Below, piece by piece: positions 1 through 9,841 of a stretch of DNA of 64,000 nucleotides. Each line of letters begins with the position of its first letter. Position 1 is the first letter of the stretch. The notes beneath the pieces were generated by a model. It was not told where the DNA came from and did not search any database. It worked only from the letters and a program-made list of their open reading frames with translations. The DNA comes from Gemmatimonadales bacterium (lineage in GTDB: Bacteria; Gemmatimonadota; Gemmatimonadetes; Gemmatimonadales; GWC2-71-9), in contig OZ252244.1 in NCBI GenBank assembly GCA_965249575.1, positions 2,784,001 through 2,848,000 on the forward strand, read 5' to 3'. The position numbers and the translations under genes were made by a program.

Positions 1-340
1 CTGCGATTACCGAGCCTGTCCCGGCTTGGCATCCCAATCCAGGGTGGCCTCGGCTTGCTCAATCCGACGCGCTCTCAGGACGACAAGGGTCGACTACCGT
101 CGGGACGAGGGACGCACGGGGCGAGCTGGCGCATGGTCGTCGAGCTCGGGCCCGAAAATCGAGGCATGGACCACGTACCCCGGGGGCCAGTCCGGCAATC
201 CGGTAAGCCCCTGGTACGATGATCGCATCCCGCAGTGGGCGGCGGGGGAGCTGGATCCCGTCGGCTCCCTCGAAGCCCTGAAGCACTCCCTGCGCCGTCG
301 GTGGCGAGCAAGCTCACGCTGTTGCCGGAGGGATAGATGA
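1..340 (+). pseudogene. Penicillin acylase (Ntn hydrolase S45) family, C-terminal part; runs off window start, apparent frameshift near 155
   Basis: Frame 1 gives ...THGASWRMVVELGP, continuing in frame 2 as IEAWTTYPGGQSGNPVSPWYDDRIPQW, the typical acylase C-terminal GQSG-P-S motif; the shift falls in an A run at ~155-158. Confidence 0.75.
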
Positions 341-693
341 GACACTTACTTCGCACACTCCTACTGACCGCGGCGTTCGCCATTGGTACTGTCTTCCTCG
401 GATGGTGGATCGTTCCGCTTCTCGCCGTCATGTGGGGAGCCGTGGCCAGCAGCGAGGGCAAGGCCGGCGCCATGGCCGCCGCCTCCGCAGGTCTAGCCTG
501 GACTACTCTGCTCGCAATCACCGCGCTGCAGGGCCCGGTTGGCTTGCTCGCGGCAAAGGTTGGTGGCGTCATGGGACTACCAGCGGCGGTGCTCGTTGCC
601 TCCACGGTGGCGTTCGCAGTGATCCTGGTGGGCAGTGGGGCGCACGTGGGGGCGGCAGTGAAAGGGATTGTGCAGAAACGGCGCGATCCCTGA
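337..693 (+). CDS. Small integral membrane hypothetical protein
   Basis: 118-aa hydrophobic ORF starting at the end of the upstream gene. Confidence 0.7.
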   Translation: MRHLLRTLLLTAAFAIGTVFLGWWIVPLLAVMWGAVASSEGKAGAMAAASAGLAWTTLLAITALQGPVGLLAAKVGGVMGLPAAVLVASTVAFAVILVGSGAHVGAAVKGIVQKRRDP

Positions 694-981
694 CCACAGG
701 CGAAGCTGGGTATTGGGACGTGTGGTTGAGCGTGTGACGGTCGTTGCCTCGAGGCGAATCGAGCCCGAGATGGAGGTCATATGATTCACCCGAAGGCGAG
801 CTCCTGGGTCTTCCGTGGCGATTCGCCCGAGCCGTGCGCGGCTGGGGTGCAACCGTTTCTGCGGGCGAGCCGATGACGAGTCTTGGCAGTCATTACTAGT
901 AGCGAACGAATCGCGCAGCTCACGGCGTGTGGGGCAGGGTTATAGTTTGTTGGTGGCGATGGTCGATTGCGAAGGAGAACG

Positions 982-1212
982 ATGGGAAGAAGGCGATTTA
1001 CCGAGGCCGAGCCCTCCGGTCCAATAGACTCGCTTCACGGTGCGGCCGTAACCGCCGCACTCGACCTCCACGGGGAGACAGCGGATTCGGCTGAGCGAAA
1101 GCTTACCTGGTTCCTCCAACGGTGGGCCCAGCAGCAACCGGGCGCTGTGATCCGGATCATTACAGGCAAGGGGAGTCCGAGCCGCAGCTACCCAGTCCTC
1201 TTGAGGTGGTGA
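982..1212 (+). pseudogene. Smr/MutS2-domain protein, probably 3'-truncated
   Basis: AAGGAG RBS, then ATG at 982; LDLHG and IITGKG Smr motifs; stops early. Confidence 0.65.
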
Positions 1213-1337
1213 GGGTCCTGAGACGAGCGGAGCGTTTACTCGGAAATAAGGGGGTGTTTGCATCGCCAGCGCCCGGCAGCGGAAACCGCCGCCGCTAGAT
1301 CGTCGATTTGTCCGAGCAGCACGGGAAGCCGAGCACA

Positions 1338-2987
1338 TCATGAGTTCGACGACTGGTCAGATCCGCCTGGTACACTCGGGCCCTCGGTCTCCGCCGTCAT
1401 CTTATCGGCCCACCAGGCGTGGGCCCGCTCCCGGGTCCATCGACCCGCCGCCTCGCACGCTCCCAACTCAGCGGCGAATTCGTCCGCCGACCGGGGCCGT
1501 CGTTCCGGCTCCTTCTCGAGACATCGCATGATGAGACTTTCGAGGTCTGCGGGAACCTCCAGGTCGACACGTTGTGAGGGTGGCACGGGTGCGGTCCGCA
1601 GGTGGTCGGAAATCAGCTCCATGGCGGTTTGACCTTCAAAGAGCTGTTTGCCCGTGACCAGCCAATAGGCTACACAGCCCGACGCGTACAAATCCGTGCG
1701 GCCGTCGACCGGGTCCCCCAACGCCTGTTCCGGCGCGATATAGGCCGGCGTGCCGCCCGCGACGTTCCCGTCCGCCGTGAGGTCTGGATTGGAATCTGCG
1801 ACGTCGTTTGTGTGCGACTTCACCAGGCCGAAGTCCAATACCTTCACAAAATCCACGTCCCGTCCGTACCGTGCGACGAAGATATTTGCCGGCTTGACAT
1901 CGCGGTGAATGAGGCCCGCCTCGTGTGCCTCCGCCAGGGAGTGACATGTCTGCCGGAGAATGTGGATCGCCCGTTCGGGTGGGACGGGACCAAACCGCGC
2001 GACTAAGCTACTCAGATCCAATCCGCTCAGCAGTTCCATGACATAGTAGAACGTGCCATTGTCGGCGATCCCAAAGTCGTACAACTCGATCGTGTGGGGC
2101 GACCGCAGGGATGCCGTGGCTTGGGCCTCGCGCTCGAACCGTCCCAGAATCGTTTCGCGGCTGGGTCCAACCGATCCCAACGCGCGCGGTGGCACCAGTT
2201 TGATGGCGGCGGCCCGGGCCAACAGGCGGTGTTTGGCCTGCCACACTTCACCCATTCCGCCGCGGCCGATGCGATCGATCAACCGGTAACTACCCATATC
2301 TCGAGCCCGACCCACTTCCGCTCCCATCTTGTAGACCACCCGCGCGCCGACGTAACCCATCAGCACGACCAAGCTGTACTGCAACACCATGCCAAGAGTG
2401 AACTCCGTCCAACCCGGCGCGAACTCCACGGAACCGAATCGAATCCTCAAGGCTAGTACGATAGGCACAGCACTCACGGATGCGATCATGGCCAGCAGGG
2501 CTTTCCGCGGCGGTGTGGGCACTACCATTGTGTAGAGCAATACCCAGATCGCTACCCACGACATACCGACCCCTCCGTAATCGCCTGGCCCGTACTGGTT
2601 CGACGCGTAGAGATCAGAGTATTCAGCGGCGGCGATACCGAAGCTGATCACCACCTCAAAGACGAGCCCCAGCTTGAACACCGCGGTGGCGGAGAACCTC
2701 GAGTATTTCGTGATGGCAGCCACCGCCAGGGCCAGGCTGATGGAGATGACGTCCGGTGCCCACCGTACGGCGCGCCCGAAGAGCCACGCCAGTCCCTCTG
2801 TTCCACGACTGACCGGCTCCAAGAAGCTGGCCACGAAGAACACGAAGGCGATGAGCAGGGCCAGAACATGCAAGCGCCGCTGGGCGTCCTGGAGGAGATC
2901 GTTCGGGAGGGTTCGCGACCAGGTCGACGTCTTACGACTCGATTCGGATCTGGGATCCGTCGGTTGGAGCAGTGTGTCAGGCGCCAT
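1338..2987 (-). CDS. Ser/Thr protein kinase with N-terminal multi-TM region and C-terminal kinase domain
   Basis: IGRGGMGEVW, AAIK, HRDVKPAN, DFG, GTPAYIAPEQ motifs; about 5-6 hydrophobic helices upstream; start placed at MAPDT. Confidence 0.9.
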   Translation of the reverse strand: MAPDTLLQPTDPRSESSRKTSTWSRTLPNDLLQDAQRRLHVLALLIAFVFFVASFLEPVSRGTEGLAWLFGRAVRWAPDVISISLALAVAAITKYSRFSATAVFKLGLVFEVVISFGIAAAEYSDLYASNQYGPGDYGGVGMSWVAIWVLLYTMVVPTPPRKALLAMIASVSAVPIVLALRIRFGSVEFAPGWTEFTLGMVLQYSLVVLMGYVGARVVYKMGAEVGRARDMGSYRLIDRIGRGGMGEVWQAKHRLLARAAAIKLVPPRALGSVGPSRETILGRFEREAQATASLRSPHTIELYDFGIADNGTFYYVMELLSGLDLSSLVARFGPVPPERAIHILRQTCHSLAEAHEAGLIHRDVKPANIFVARYGRDVDFVKVLDFGLVKSHTNDVADSNPDLTADGNVAGGTPAYIAPEQALGDPVDGRTDLYASGCVAYWLVTGKQLFEGQTAMELISDHLRTAPVPPSQRVDLEVPADLESLIMRCLEKEPERRPRSADEFAAELGACEAAGRWTRERAHAWWADKMTAETEGPSVPGGSDQSSNS

Positions 2988-3081
2988 GTGCCGTCCTGCG
3001 TTTGCGGGTTTCGTCGTCGCGCATGCACCAACCGGCCTCATCCAGGGGCCGATCAGCGGGCCGCTCTGAAAAGAACTGCCC

Positions 3082-3103
3082 AACTGTCACAAGAACTGTC
3101 ACA
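3082..3103. repeat. Direct repeat AACTGTCACA x2 (period 12), arm-type-site-like
   Basis: Copies at 3082 and 3094. Confidence 0.5.
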
Positions 3104-3320
3104 CAACCCACGTCCACGGAGGGATTCAAACGGTCACGTAGGGAACGAAAACCCGCATGACGGCGTCGTATGGCTTCCCCACGTGGTCGTTTGGCTGGCT
3201 TTTAAGTCCCTTGAGCCTACATGAAACGGCTCCGAAGTATTCGCGTCAGGACGGGCGCCGGTAAAGGTCTCAAACCCCAGGTCGGCCATCGGAGAGCGTA
3301 GAGTCTAACGAGCCGCTGTG

Positions 3321-3343
3321 TGGTGTCGATTATGGTGTCGATT
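3321..3343. repeat. Direct repeat TGGTGTCGATT x2 (period 12), arm-type-site-like, ~100 bp upstream of tRNA-Ile fragment
   Basis: Copies at 3321 and 3333. Confidence 0.55.
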
Positions 3344-3444
3344 GATCCCGACGGATCCCGATATCATGAAGCGAGGAATCAGGCAGATCACGCGTTCTGT
3401 CTAGGAATCGCGCCGTAGGGTCTGGATCCAACGATTCTGCGGGC

Positions 3445-3488
3445 CGCCTGATATGCGTGAGGTCGGTGGTTCAACTCTACCCAGCCCA
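3445..3488 (+). mobile_element. Degenerate 3' half of tRNA-Ile(GAT); att-site remnant
   Basis: cgcctGATatgcgtgaggtcggtggTTCaactctacccagccca matches the anticodon arm, T arm and acceptor 3' strand of bacterial tRNA-Ile; no 5' half upstream. Confidence 0.7.
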
Positions 3489-3839
3489 TGAACCGCGTGG
3501 TGCCCGGGGAACGGGTTTGCCCGCTAGTTGGAAGGTGTGCGCGCTGACACTGTAACGGATCGCTGGGGGGGGATGCCGCCAGTGCCCGCTGCCCCCCAAC
3601 GTCGCACCTCGGCCCCTGCTGCCCTAGGCACCAGCGATCCTTGTCCCGGCAGCTCACACCGCAATAATTTTCCTCAAGGATCTATGAGGGCTGCGGATGT
3701 GCTCGTATTAGTACCAATAGAATAGACCAGGAATTCGGGGTGAAATCCCTGGCGATCCCGCGCGGGCAGACCGTGAAACCCGGTAATTGCCAAGGGCTTT
3801 CGCCCTCTTCGCCCGCGGCACCGATTTCCGGGCTGGAAA

Positions 3840-3883
3840 GAATGGGGTTCAGGGGGTCGCGGGTTCAAATCCCGCCGTCCCGA
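3840..3883 (+). mobile_element. 3' half of tRNA-Pro(GGG), att core copy 1
   Basis: gaatGGGgttcagggggtcgcgggttcaaatcccgccgtcccga; lacks the D arm and 5' acceptor strand. Confidence 0.85.
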
Positions 3884-3917
3884 TTCACGTAACTCACAAA
3901 ACCAGAGGTAGTTACGA

Positions 3918-3951
3918 AATGAGCGGTCTGTGAAGTGGCCGCTCATTTTTT
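3918..3951 (+). terminator. Intrinsic terminator downstream of tRNA-Pro fragment
   Basis: aatgagcgg...ccgctcatt stem followed by a T tract. Confidence 0.65.
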
Positions 3952-3956
3952 GTCGG

Positions 3957-3978
3957 TGTGTGCCGATGGTGTGCCAAA
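3957..3978. repeat. Arm-type-like motif TGTGTGCCgATgGTGTGCCAAA
   Basis: 20/22 identical to 17388-17409; both lie ~75 bp after a tRNA-Pro 3' end. Confidence 0.65.
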
Positions 3979-4204
3979 TTCAGGTGACCGACTCGCCGGC
4001 AGACGCGACGAATCCTATCTTTGCCCTCCATGACCGAGATCACTTCCCGTCTCTCGGCCGCCCTCTACGTCTGCCGAAACTATGCGTGCGAGGCGCCGAT
4101 CACGGATGCCAGCACCGTGGCCGCACGGCTGAGCGAGACCGCGCGTTCGAGCAGCAAGGCTCGGCTGTCCGATCTCTCGGCTGTCGCCGGCTCGTGAGGC
4201 TCTG

Positions 4205-4506
4205 ATGAGACGTTCACCATCGGGCAAACGGTTCATCATCGGAAGTTTGACTACCGAGGGGTGATCATGGGAGTGGACGAATGCTTTCAGGGTTCGGACG
4301 ACTGGTACGATGAGGTCGCTCGATCCCGTCCACCCAAAGACAAGCCTTGGTATCACGTCCTCGTCCATGGGGCATCGCACCGAACGTACGTGGCTGAACG
4401 GCATCTCGAACCGGACGTCAGTAGGGAACCCATCAAACACCCGGAGGTGGACGATTTCTTTGATCTCTTTCGAGAGGGCGTCTACAGCAACTCCCTTTGG
4501 AATTGA
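4205..4506 (+). pseudogene. hspQ: Heat shock protein HspQ / YccV-like, start codon out of frame by 1 nt
   Basis: FTIGQTVHHRKFDYRGVIMGVD...PWYHVLVH...TYVAERHL; ATG at 4205 needs one extra base to join this frame. Confidence 0.8.
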
Positions 4507-4682
4507 ATTGAACCGTCAGCTGCAAGTGGCAATCAAATAGGGCGTGACGTGTGGAGCGCTAATGGCTAGAGCCTTTTCGGGTCGCCCCTCGGGCGGCCTT
4601 TTGTCGTGGTGGGACCCCAGTCGGTACCCCAAACTGAGCGCGCCTCGCGCTGACTCAGGTTCTGTCACATCTTCAAGGGGCG

Positions 4683-4742
4683 ATGACCGACACCTTCGAA
4701 CGACTGAAAGCTGCCCTCGCCGACCGCTACGCCATCGAGCGG
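4683..4742 (+). pseudogene. Ser/Thr kinase 5' stub (MTDTFERLKAALADRYAIER)
   Basis: Same N-terminus as the intact kinase at 59287; breaks off after ~20 codons. Confidence 0.8.
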
Positions 4743-4859
4743 GGCAAACCGGTCGGCACGACCATCATCGGGGACCCGTTCGCCGCCGACAAAATCTTGA
4801 GCGTTGCCCACGCATACCAGGCCGCCACCGATTGGCCTACCCGGCACCCGAGCCTATGA
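4743..4859 (+). pseudogene. Amidase (GatA-like) C-terminal remnant
   Basis: GKPVGTTIIGDPFAADKILSVAHAYQAATDWPTRHPSL*; its TGA overlaps the next ATG. Confidence 0.65.
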
Positions 4860-5512
4860 AATTCGCCTTCGAACAAATCCGCACCGGCGGCGACCGGAAC
4901 TTCGCTTACCTGGTCGGCGACCGCGAGGCGGGCGTCGCCGCCCTCGTCGACCCGTCCTACGATCCCAAGGCCGTGGTCGAGCGGGCCAAGGCCCAGGGTC
5001 TCGAGACCGCGTACATCGTGAACACCCACGGTCACGAGGATCATACGAACGGCAACGCTCAAGCCAAGAAACTCACGGGCGCCCCGATCGTGGCGTTTCG
5101 AGGCTCGGTGGCCAAGCCAGATCTCTCGGTGGACGACGGTCACGTGCTCCAACTCGGTTCGCTGCGCCTCGAGTTGATTCACGTGCCGGGGCACATCGAC
5201 GATCACGTCGTCGTCTACCTCGAGGAGCAACGGGTGGCCCTCACCGGCGATCATCTGTTCGTAGGGAAGATCGGCGGAACCAAAACGGAAGAAGCGGGGC
5301 GGACCGAGTACACGAGTCTCCAGAAGATCCTCGACCGGCTGCCCGACGACGTCACCGTCTGGCCCGGGCACGACTACGGATGCCGGCCGTCGTCGACCAT
5401 GGCGCTGGAAAAGGCGACCAATCCCTTCCTACTCGCGATGGGCAGTATCGACGAGTTTCTCGCCCTCAAACGTGACTGGGCGGCGTTCAAGGCGGAGAAG
5501 GGACTGAAGTAG
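4856..5512 (+). CDS. MBL-fold metallo-hydrolase (glyoxalase II-like)
   Basis: NFAYLV, THGHEDH, PGH, TGDHLF, WPGHDYG motifs; ATG at 4856. Confidence 0.9.
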   Translation: MKFAFEQIRTGGDRNFAYLVGDREAGVAALVDPSYDPKAVVERAKAQGLETAYIVNTHGHEDHTNGNAQAKKLTGAPIVAFRGSVAKPDLSVDDGHVLQLGSLRLELIHVPGHIDDHVVVYLEEQRVALTGDHLFVGKIGGTKTEEAGRTEYTSLQKILDRLPDDVTVWPGHDYGCRPSSTMALEKATNPFLLAMGSIDEFLALKRDWAAFKAEKGLK

Positions 5513-5624
5513 CGCGCGGTGCGTCGGTGTGGGGAGTTGCTGAAGGAGTTCCAAGCCGACCCACGGAATACCCTCAAGCAGCACCGAGGGGGGAGCGGCC
5601 CCCCTTCGGCCGCTAACCGGCCAC

Positions 5625-6020
5625 ATGTGGGCGGCTGGCACTATCACGCTGCCTCGGGAGCTCTTCGCAAAAGTGGTGGAGTTCGCCGCGCGAAGCCTCC
5701 GTGCGCACGGGTTCGTCGATGTCGTGCTCATCGGCGACAGCGGCCCCAATCAGCGGGTATTGAAAATGGTAGCGGAGACCCTTGACGCAGAGTGGCTGTC
5801 AACTCCGGTCCGCGTCCACTACCTGAGCGCGTACTACGACGATTCCGCTTTTCGGTCGTGGCTGTCGGCTCAGGGCGTGAAGGAAGAGGACATTGGCCGT
5901 CACGCCGGCCTCAAAGACACGTCGTTGCTCCTTGCCGTTGACCCGTCAGGCGTGAGACGGGGCAAGCTGGCGCCTGGCCGTAGGGGCGACAGGACAGCCG
6001 GGAAGAGAGGTAACAGATAG
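5625..6020 (+). pseudogene. Creatininase-family protein, internal/C-terminal fragment
   Basis: AGTITL...SLRAHGF..VVLIGDSGPNQ...HAGLKDTSLLLAVDP; N-terminus absent. Confidence 0.7.
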
Positions 6021-6248
6021 ACCGGGATATGGGTAACAGTCACTCCCGGGTTTTGCGGAGTCGATTACGGTTGTGGGTCCCAACGATCGCTCGCATGCGT
6101 TCGTGAAAGCGACCGTTGTCGGTCGCCGATGATCGGGGAGGTGAGGTTGGGTCGCTGAGGGCAGCGCCGGTGCGGCCGTGACGGAGGCGCCCGGAAGCGC
6201 AGCGGGCTTGGCACGGGCGGGAAGGCAGCCGCCGGGCCTTCCGCGATC

Positions 6249-6974
6249 GTGAGAATCGGCTGCATCGGAGACGTCCACGGCGAGCTCCAGCGGCTGGAGG
6301 GCGTCGCGGACTTCCTGGCCGGCAACACGCCGGACCTGGTGCTGCTCGTGGGCGACTTCATTCCCGGCCGAGTCGGGCGCGATCGCTGGCGCGAGCTGGC
6401 GGAGCTGGTGGGGCGCTCGCTCGAACTGCTTCGGCCGGTCGGCGCGCCCGTCCTGCTGGTGCCGGGCAATCACGATCCCCCGCGCTGTGAGTTTCCGGAG
6501 AACATCGACGGGCGGGCCGTAGAGGCGGCGGGTCTTCGCGTCGCAGGAATCGGCGGGAGCGGTCCCCATCACTTCGGGTTTCCCTATGAGTGGGGGGAAG
6601 ACGACATCCGCTCACGCCGCTTGGGCGCGGCCGACATTCTTCTTTCGCACGCGCCGCCAGCCCGCACCGCGCTCGACCGACTCTACGACGGCCGGCACGT
6701 GGGCTCCGAAGCCGTGCGGGAGCGCGCCAAGGATGCGCGCATCTTGGTATGCGGTCACGTCCACGAGTCGGCCGGCGTGGAGCGGGTGGACGGTTGCGCG
6801 TGTTACAACGTGGGCTCGTTGGGGGAGCCGTACGGGCGGGCGCAGGCCGGGGTGGTGTCGCTCGGGGAAGGTGAAGTTCGAGTCGAGCATTGGGGAAGAG
6901 CGGGGCCAGGGAGCCCGTGGGGGCGGGAGTGGGCGCGTGTTCTTGATGATGCCGGTCGGGAATCAAGCGGGTAG
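6249..6974 (+). CDS. Calcineurin-like metallophosphoesterase
   Basis: GDVHG, VGD, PGNHD, SHAPP, CGHVHE motifs. Confidence 0.9.
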   Translation: MRIGCIGDVHGELQRLEGVADFLAGNTPDLVLLVGDFIPGRVGRDRWRELAELVGRSLELLRPVGAPVLLVPGNHDPPRCEFPENIDGRAVEAAGLRVAGIGGSGPHHFGFPYEWGEDDIRSRRLGAADILLSHAPPARTALDRLYDGRHVGSEAVRERAKDARILVCGHVHESAGVERVDGCACYNVGSLGEPYGRAQAGVVSLGEGEVRVEHWGRAGPGSPWGREWARVLDDAGRESSG

Positions 6975-6986
6975 CATGCGGCACGT

Positions 6987-7034
6987 GTGAAGCTCCTGTC
7001 GCAGGTGCGCCGGGCGCTCCGGGTTCGACATTAC
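6987..7034 (+). pseudogene. Integron-integrase-like N-terminal stub
   Basis: GTG-KLLSQVRRALRVRHY resembles the IntI start motif KLLDQVR..IR..HYS; only 16 codons. Confidence 0.55.
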
Positions 7035-7336
7035 CGCCAGCGGAGTTGCAGAATGCCGTGGCGGCCGTGAGCCAACCGCGGAGCTGCGATAACTTGATTG
7101 TTACACACGATCGATCAGGAGATGGTGACGGAGTTGGAGGACACGGCAACACCTGGCATGGCGTTCCCATCAGTGGACATGTCGATCTGCCAACTCAACC
7201 GACGCCATCGGGCACGAGACAATCGTGAGCGCGAACGCAATTCGGAATATTGCGCGGCGTGGTAGGGAACGGCCTAATCCATCGCTAGGACAGAGAGAAT
7301 GAAAACCGAAGAGAGATTGCTCTACAAGCGCCCCGA

Positions 7337-7627
7337 ATGCTGACCTTCAACATCTGGGGCGAATTCACGGACGTTCTCAGCTTCACGCAGTTGGAAGACA
7401 TGGAAGTCGGCCAGCGAAAAGATTTTAAGCGGGTCTGGGGACTCTATGGCGAGGGTCGGTTACGTGAACATGTCACGAGCATCGCATACGTCGCCCGCGT
7501 CCGCCTGGCTACTGGGGAAACGCTTGTAGCTGATCCTGGGCCGATTCTGGAACTCGCGCAAGAGATCCAAAGCGATATCACGATCGAGGACCTCGAGCCC
7601 GAACCGGAACCGCTTCCCCGGGTATGA
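7337..7627 (+). CDS. Hypothetical protein (possibly 5'-truncated)
   Basis: 96-aa ORF with natural composition; stop overlaps the next ATG. Confidence 0.55.
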   Translation: MLTFNIWGEFTDVLSFTQLEDMEVGQRKDFKRVWGLYGEGRLREHVTSIAYVARVRLATGETLVADPGPILELAQEIQSDITIEDLEPEPEPLPRV

Positions 7628-7824
7628 CCACCCCGCTCGACGACCACGACCGGCAGAGGGCTGATGAAAAACCAGCGCCGCCGCCGCCGAAGTCGGTGCT
7701 CAAGCGGACAACGACCGCGATTACAAGGCTCCGGCCTGAGCGGAAGTACACGCTTGAATACATCGTGATCGCGGTTGCCATCGCGCTGGTGATCACAAGC
7801 TTCGTCTTTCGAGCGCCCCCATGA
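7624..7824 (+). CDS. Small hypothetical protein with C-terminal TM helix
   Basis: ATGA overlap; YIVIAVAIALVITSFVF. Confidence 0.5.
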   Translation: MTTPLDDHDRQRADEKPAPPPPKSVLKRTTTAITRLRPERKYTLEYIVIAVAIALVITSFVFRAPP

Positions 7825-7966
7825 CGGTTCGGGGGTGGAGACCCGCCGACCCGAATGCCAGCGGAGCGGCGAGCTCGGGGATTTCCCGATAGCCAGCTCC
7901 CGTGCCTCGGTGGCATACTTACCTGAGCGTCAAACAAGGGTGTGTCGGTGACCGAGCGCGATACCG

Positions 7967-8149
7967 ATGCGGCATACTCCAAAGCAGAAGCCGAGCGGAT
8001 TCGCCGCCGCCCGCGTGGAATGTCCCCGCTGCCGTGGTTCTATGAGCCATGAGGGACCCGTCACGCGACGGGCCACCGGTATGACCGTGATCAAGGTCCG
8101 CTGCGCCAAGTGCCACCGTCACCTCTTCGTCACCGGCTTGCCCACGTGA
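7967..8149 (+). CDS. Small putative zinc-ribbon protein
   Basis: CPRC and CAKC pairs in 60 aa. Confidence 0.5.
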   Translation: MRHTPKQKPSGFAAARVECPRCRGSMSHEGPVTRRATGMTVIKVRCAKCHRHLFVTGLPT

Positions 8150-8506
8150 TCCCTCGCGGCGGTCGGTTTCTGTTGATCAAAGGGGACGCGGCAACCACAG
8201 ATACCCCGATCGTCGTCGTAGCAAACTTGGTTCGAGGAGTTGCGGCGGCTGGCCGAAGGGGCGGGGTGCGCCTGACTCCGGCCCCTAAGTTCGTCATCCA
8301 GGCGTGCTGTTACGCCGTTTCCCCGGGGCCATAGTCGTACGCTTCAGGGGGTAGGCGGGGGTTGCTCTCGGCGCGAATGACGATCTCGAGCTTGCCGTCG
8401 GTCTCATCCCGGGCCGCCCAGCGTTGGCGTATCTTACCTCCCAAGCGAAGCTGTGTCCGGAGCCGGAGTTGCAATGGGTTATGGATCGGCCTTCGTGCAT
8501 CAGCTC

Positions 8507-8628
8507 TACGACGTGACGCCGGACGATCAGCGGTTCGTGATGATTCGGAATACTGAGACGGAAGCGGTGGACGAGCTGATCGTGGTCGAGAACTTCTTCG
8601 AGGAGTTGAGGGCGAGGTGGGGAACTAG
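8507..8628 (+). pseudogene. Kinase-TolB family 3' tail remnant
   Basis: YDVTPDDQRFVMIR...LIVVENFFEELRA, homologous to the end of the 59287 kinase. Confidence 0.8.
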
Positions 8629-9037
8629 GCTCAGAGGCTACTAACTGTTTCAGGAATTGATGCGCCTGGGGTAGCGGTAAGGATCAAACTGGAGGGACGC
8701 GTGCCGTTGTGGACGAAGTGCTTGACCTGCGGCGGATGGCGAGAAGCACCGACCGAGCCATCGGCGTCGGGTCGAGTGCCGACAGGGATTATGGCGAGCG
8801 CCGACGAGGCACCTGGAGCCCTTTGCTCTTGTGAGCTCGATACAACCGCTCCCAGCGGTACGCCCCCAGCCTCGTAGGTCTGGGGGCCGAGGGGGCCCCA
8901 GGTGCTGGGGCCGGTGTCGATCCGGCGGGGCCTTGAAGACGGAGTAGGTTCCGCCCCCGATTGTAGGACGCTGAGCTACTCTGGCTGTCGCCCTCCCCAG
9001 GTTCTACTTTAGCGATCTCGGCAAAACCGGATAGCGC

Positions 9038-9153
9038 GTGGCCGATCTGCTCGAACGTCTGAAAGCCGCCCTCGCCGACCGCTACCGTATCGAGCGCGAG
9101 CTCGGTGCGGCGGCATGGCGACCGTCTACCTAGCCCACGACCTCAAGCGCGAT
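9038..9153 (+). pseudogene. Ser/Thr kinase 5' stub, frameshifted
   Basis: MADLLERLKAALADRYRIERELGA/GGMATVYLAHDLKRD. Confidence 0.85.
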
Positions 9154-9181
9154 TCGCAAAGCCCATGGAGAGTAACCGAGA

Positions 9182-9549
9182 ATGATCACCGCCATGAACC
9201 GGATCTATGTGGTGCCGGAATATGCCGAGCAGTTCGAGCAGCGCTTCCGGACACGGGCGCGGCTGGTGGACGGGATGCCCGGGTTTATCTGGAACAAGGT
9301 ACTGCGCCCAGTCAATCCGGGAGCCCCATACATCGTCTTGACGCTGTGGGAATCCCGAGCCGCGTTCGATGCGTGGGTAAAGTCGGACGAGTTCGTGAAG
9401 GGGCATGCACGCTTCCGCAAGAAGCGTTCATGCAGCCGAACCAGCTCGAGTTGCACGAGGTCTTCATGGACTCGAGCCAAGCGGATCTGGAGCCGGAGCC
9501 ACGTGGCAAGCCAGTTGCCTTTCACGGCACGCAGGAGGGCGAGCGCTGA
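9182..9549 (+). pseudogene. Antibiotic biosynthesis monooxygenase (IsdG/HmoA-like), frameshifted near 9412
   Basis: MITAMNRIYV..FEQRF..VDGMPGF..YIVLTLWES..FDAWVKSDEFVKGH, continuing in another frame as LPQEAFMQPNQLELHEV. Confidence 0.75.
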
Positions 9550-9574
9550 GCTGGCAGCGGGTGCGACTTGCCCG

Positions 9575-9611
9575 ATCGTGGTCGAGCGCCTTCTCCGAGG
9601 AGTTGAAGGCG
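9575..9611 (+). pseudogene. Degenerate kinase-TolB 3' tail remnant
   Basis: atcgtggtcgag...ttctccgaggagttgaaggcg (IVVE.FSEELKA), near-identical to the tail at 21532-21573. Confidence 0.6.
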
Positions 9612-9667
9612 TATGAACGCGACGCGTGACACCCTGGCGGCGTTAGCTCAGTTTGACCTGGCCGCTC

Positions 9668-9789
9668 GCAATGCAGTGAGCCCAGCACGCTCGCATTGGA
9701 AACTGCCACCGCGAGAGCGCTGCCTTGTACACCGGCATTGGCGCCTGAATGATCGGTAGCTCGATTCCCAGGAGTCGTTGCAGTGTCAT
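9668..9789 (-). pseudogene. Nitronate monooxygenase N-terminal remnant
   Basis: MTLQRLLGIELPIIQAPM then frameshift to GVQGSALAVAVSNASVLGSL. Confidence 0.75.
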
Positions 9790-9841
9790 CGTCTGAACTC
9801 CATTTGCCTTCTGACCCCAGCAACACCGAGATAGAGGGGGA

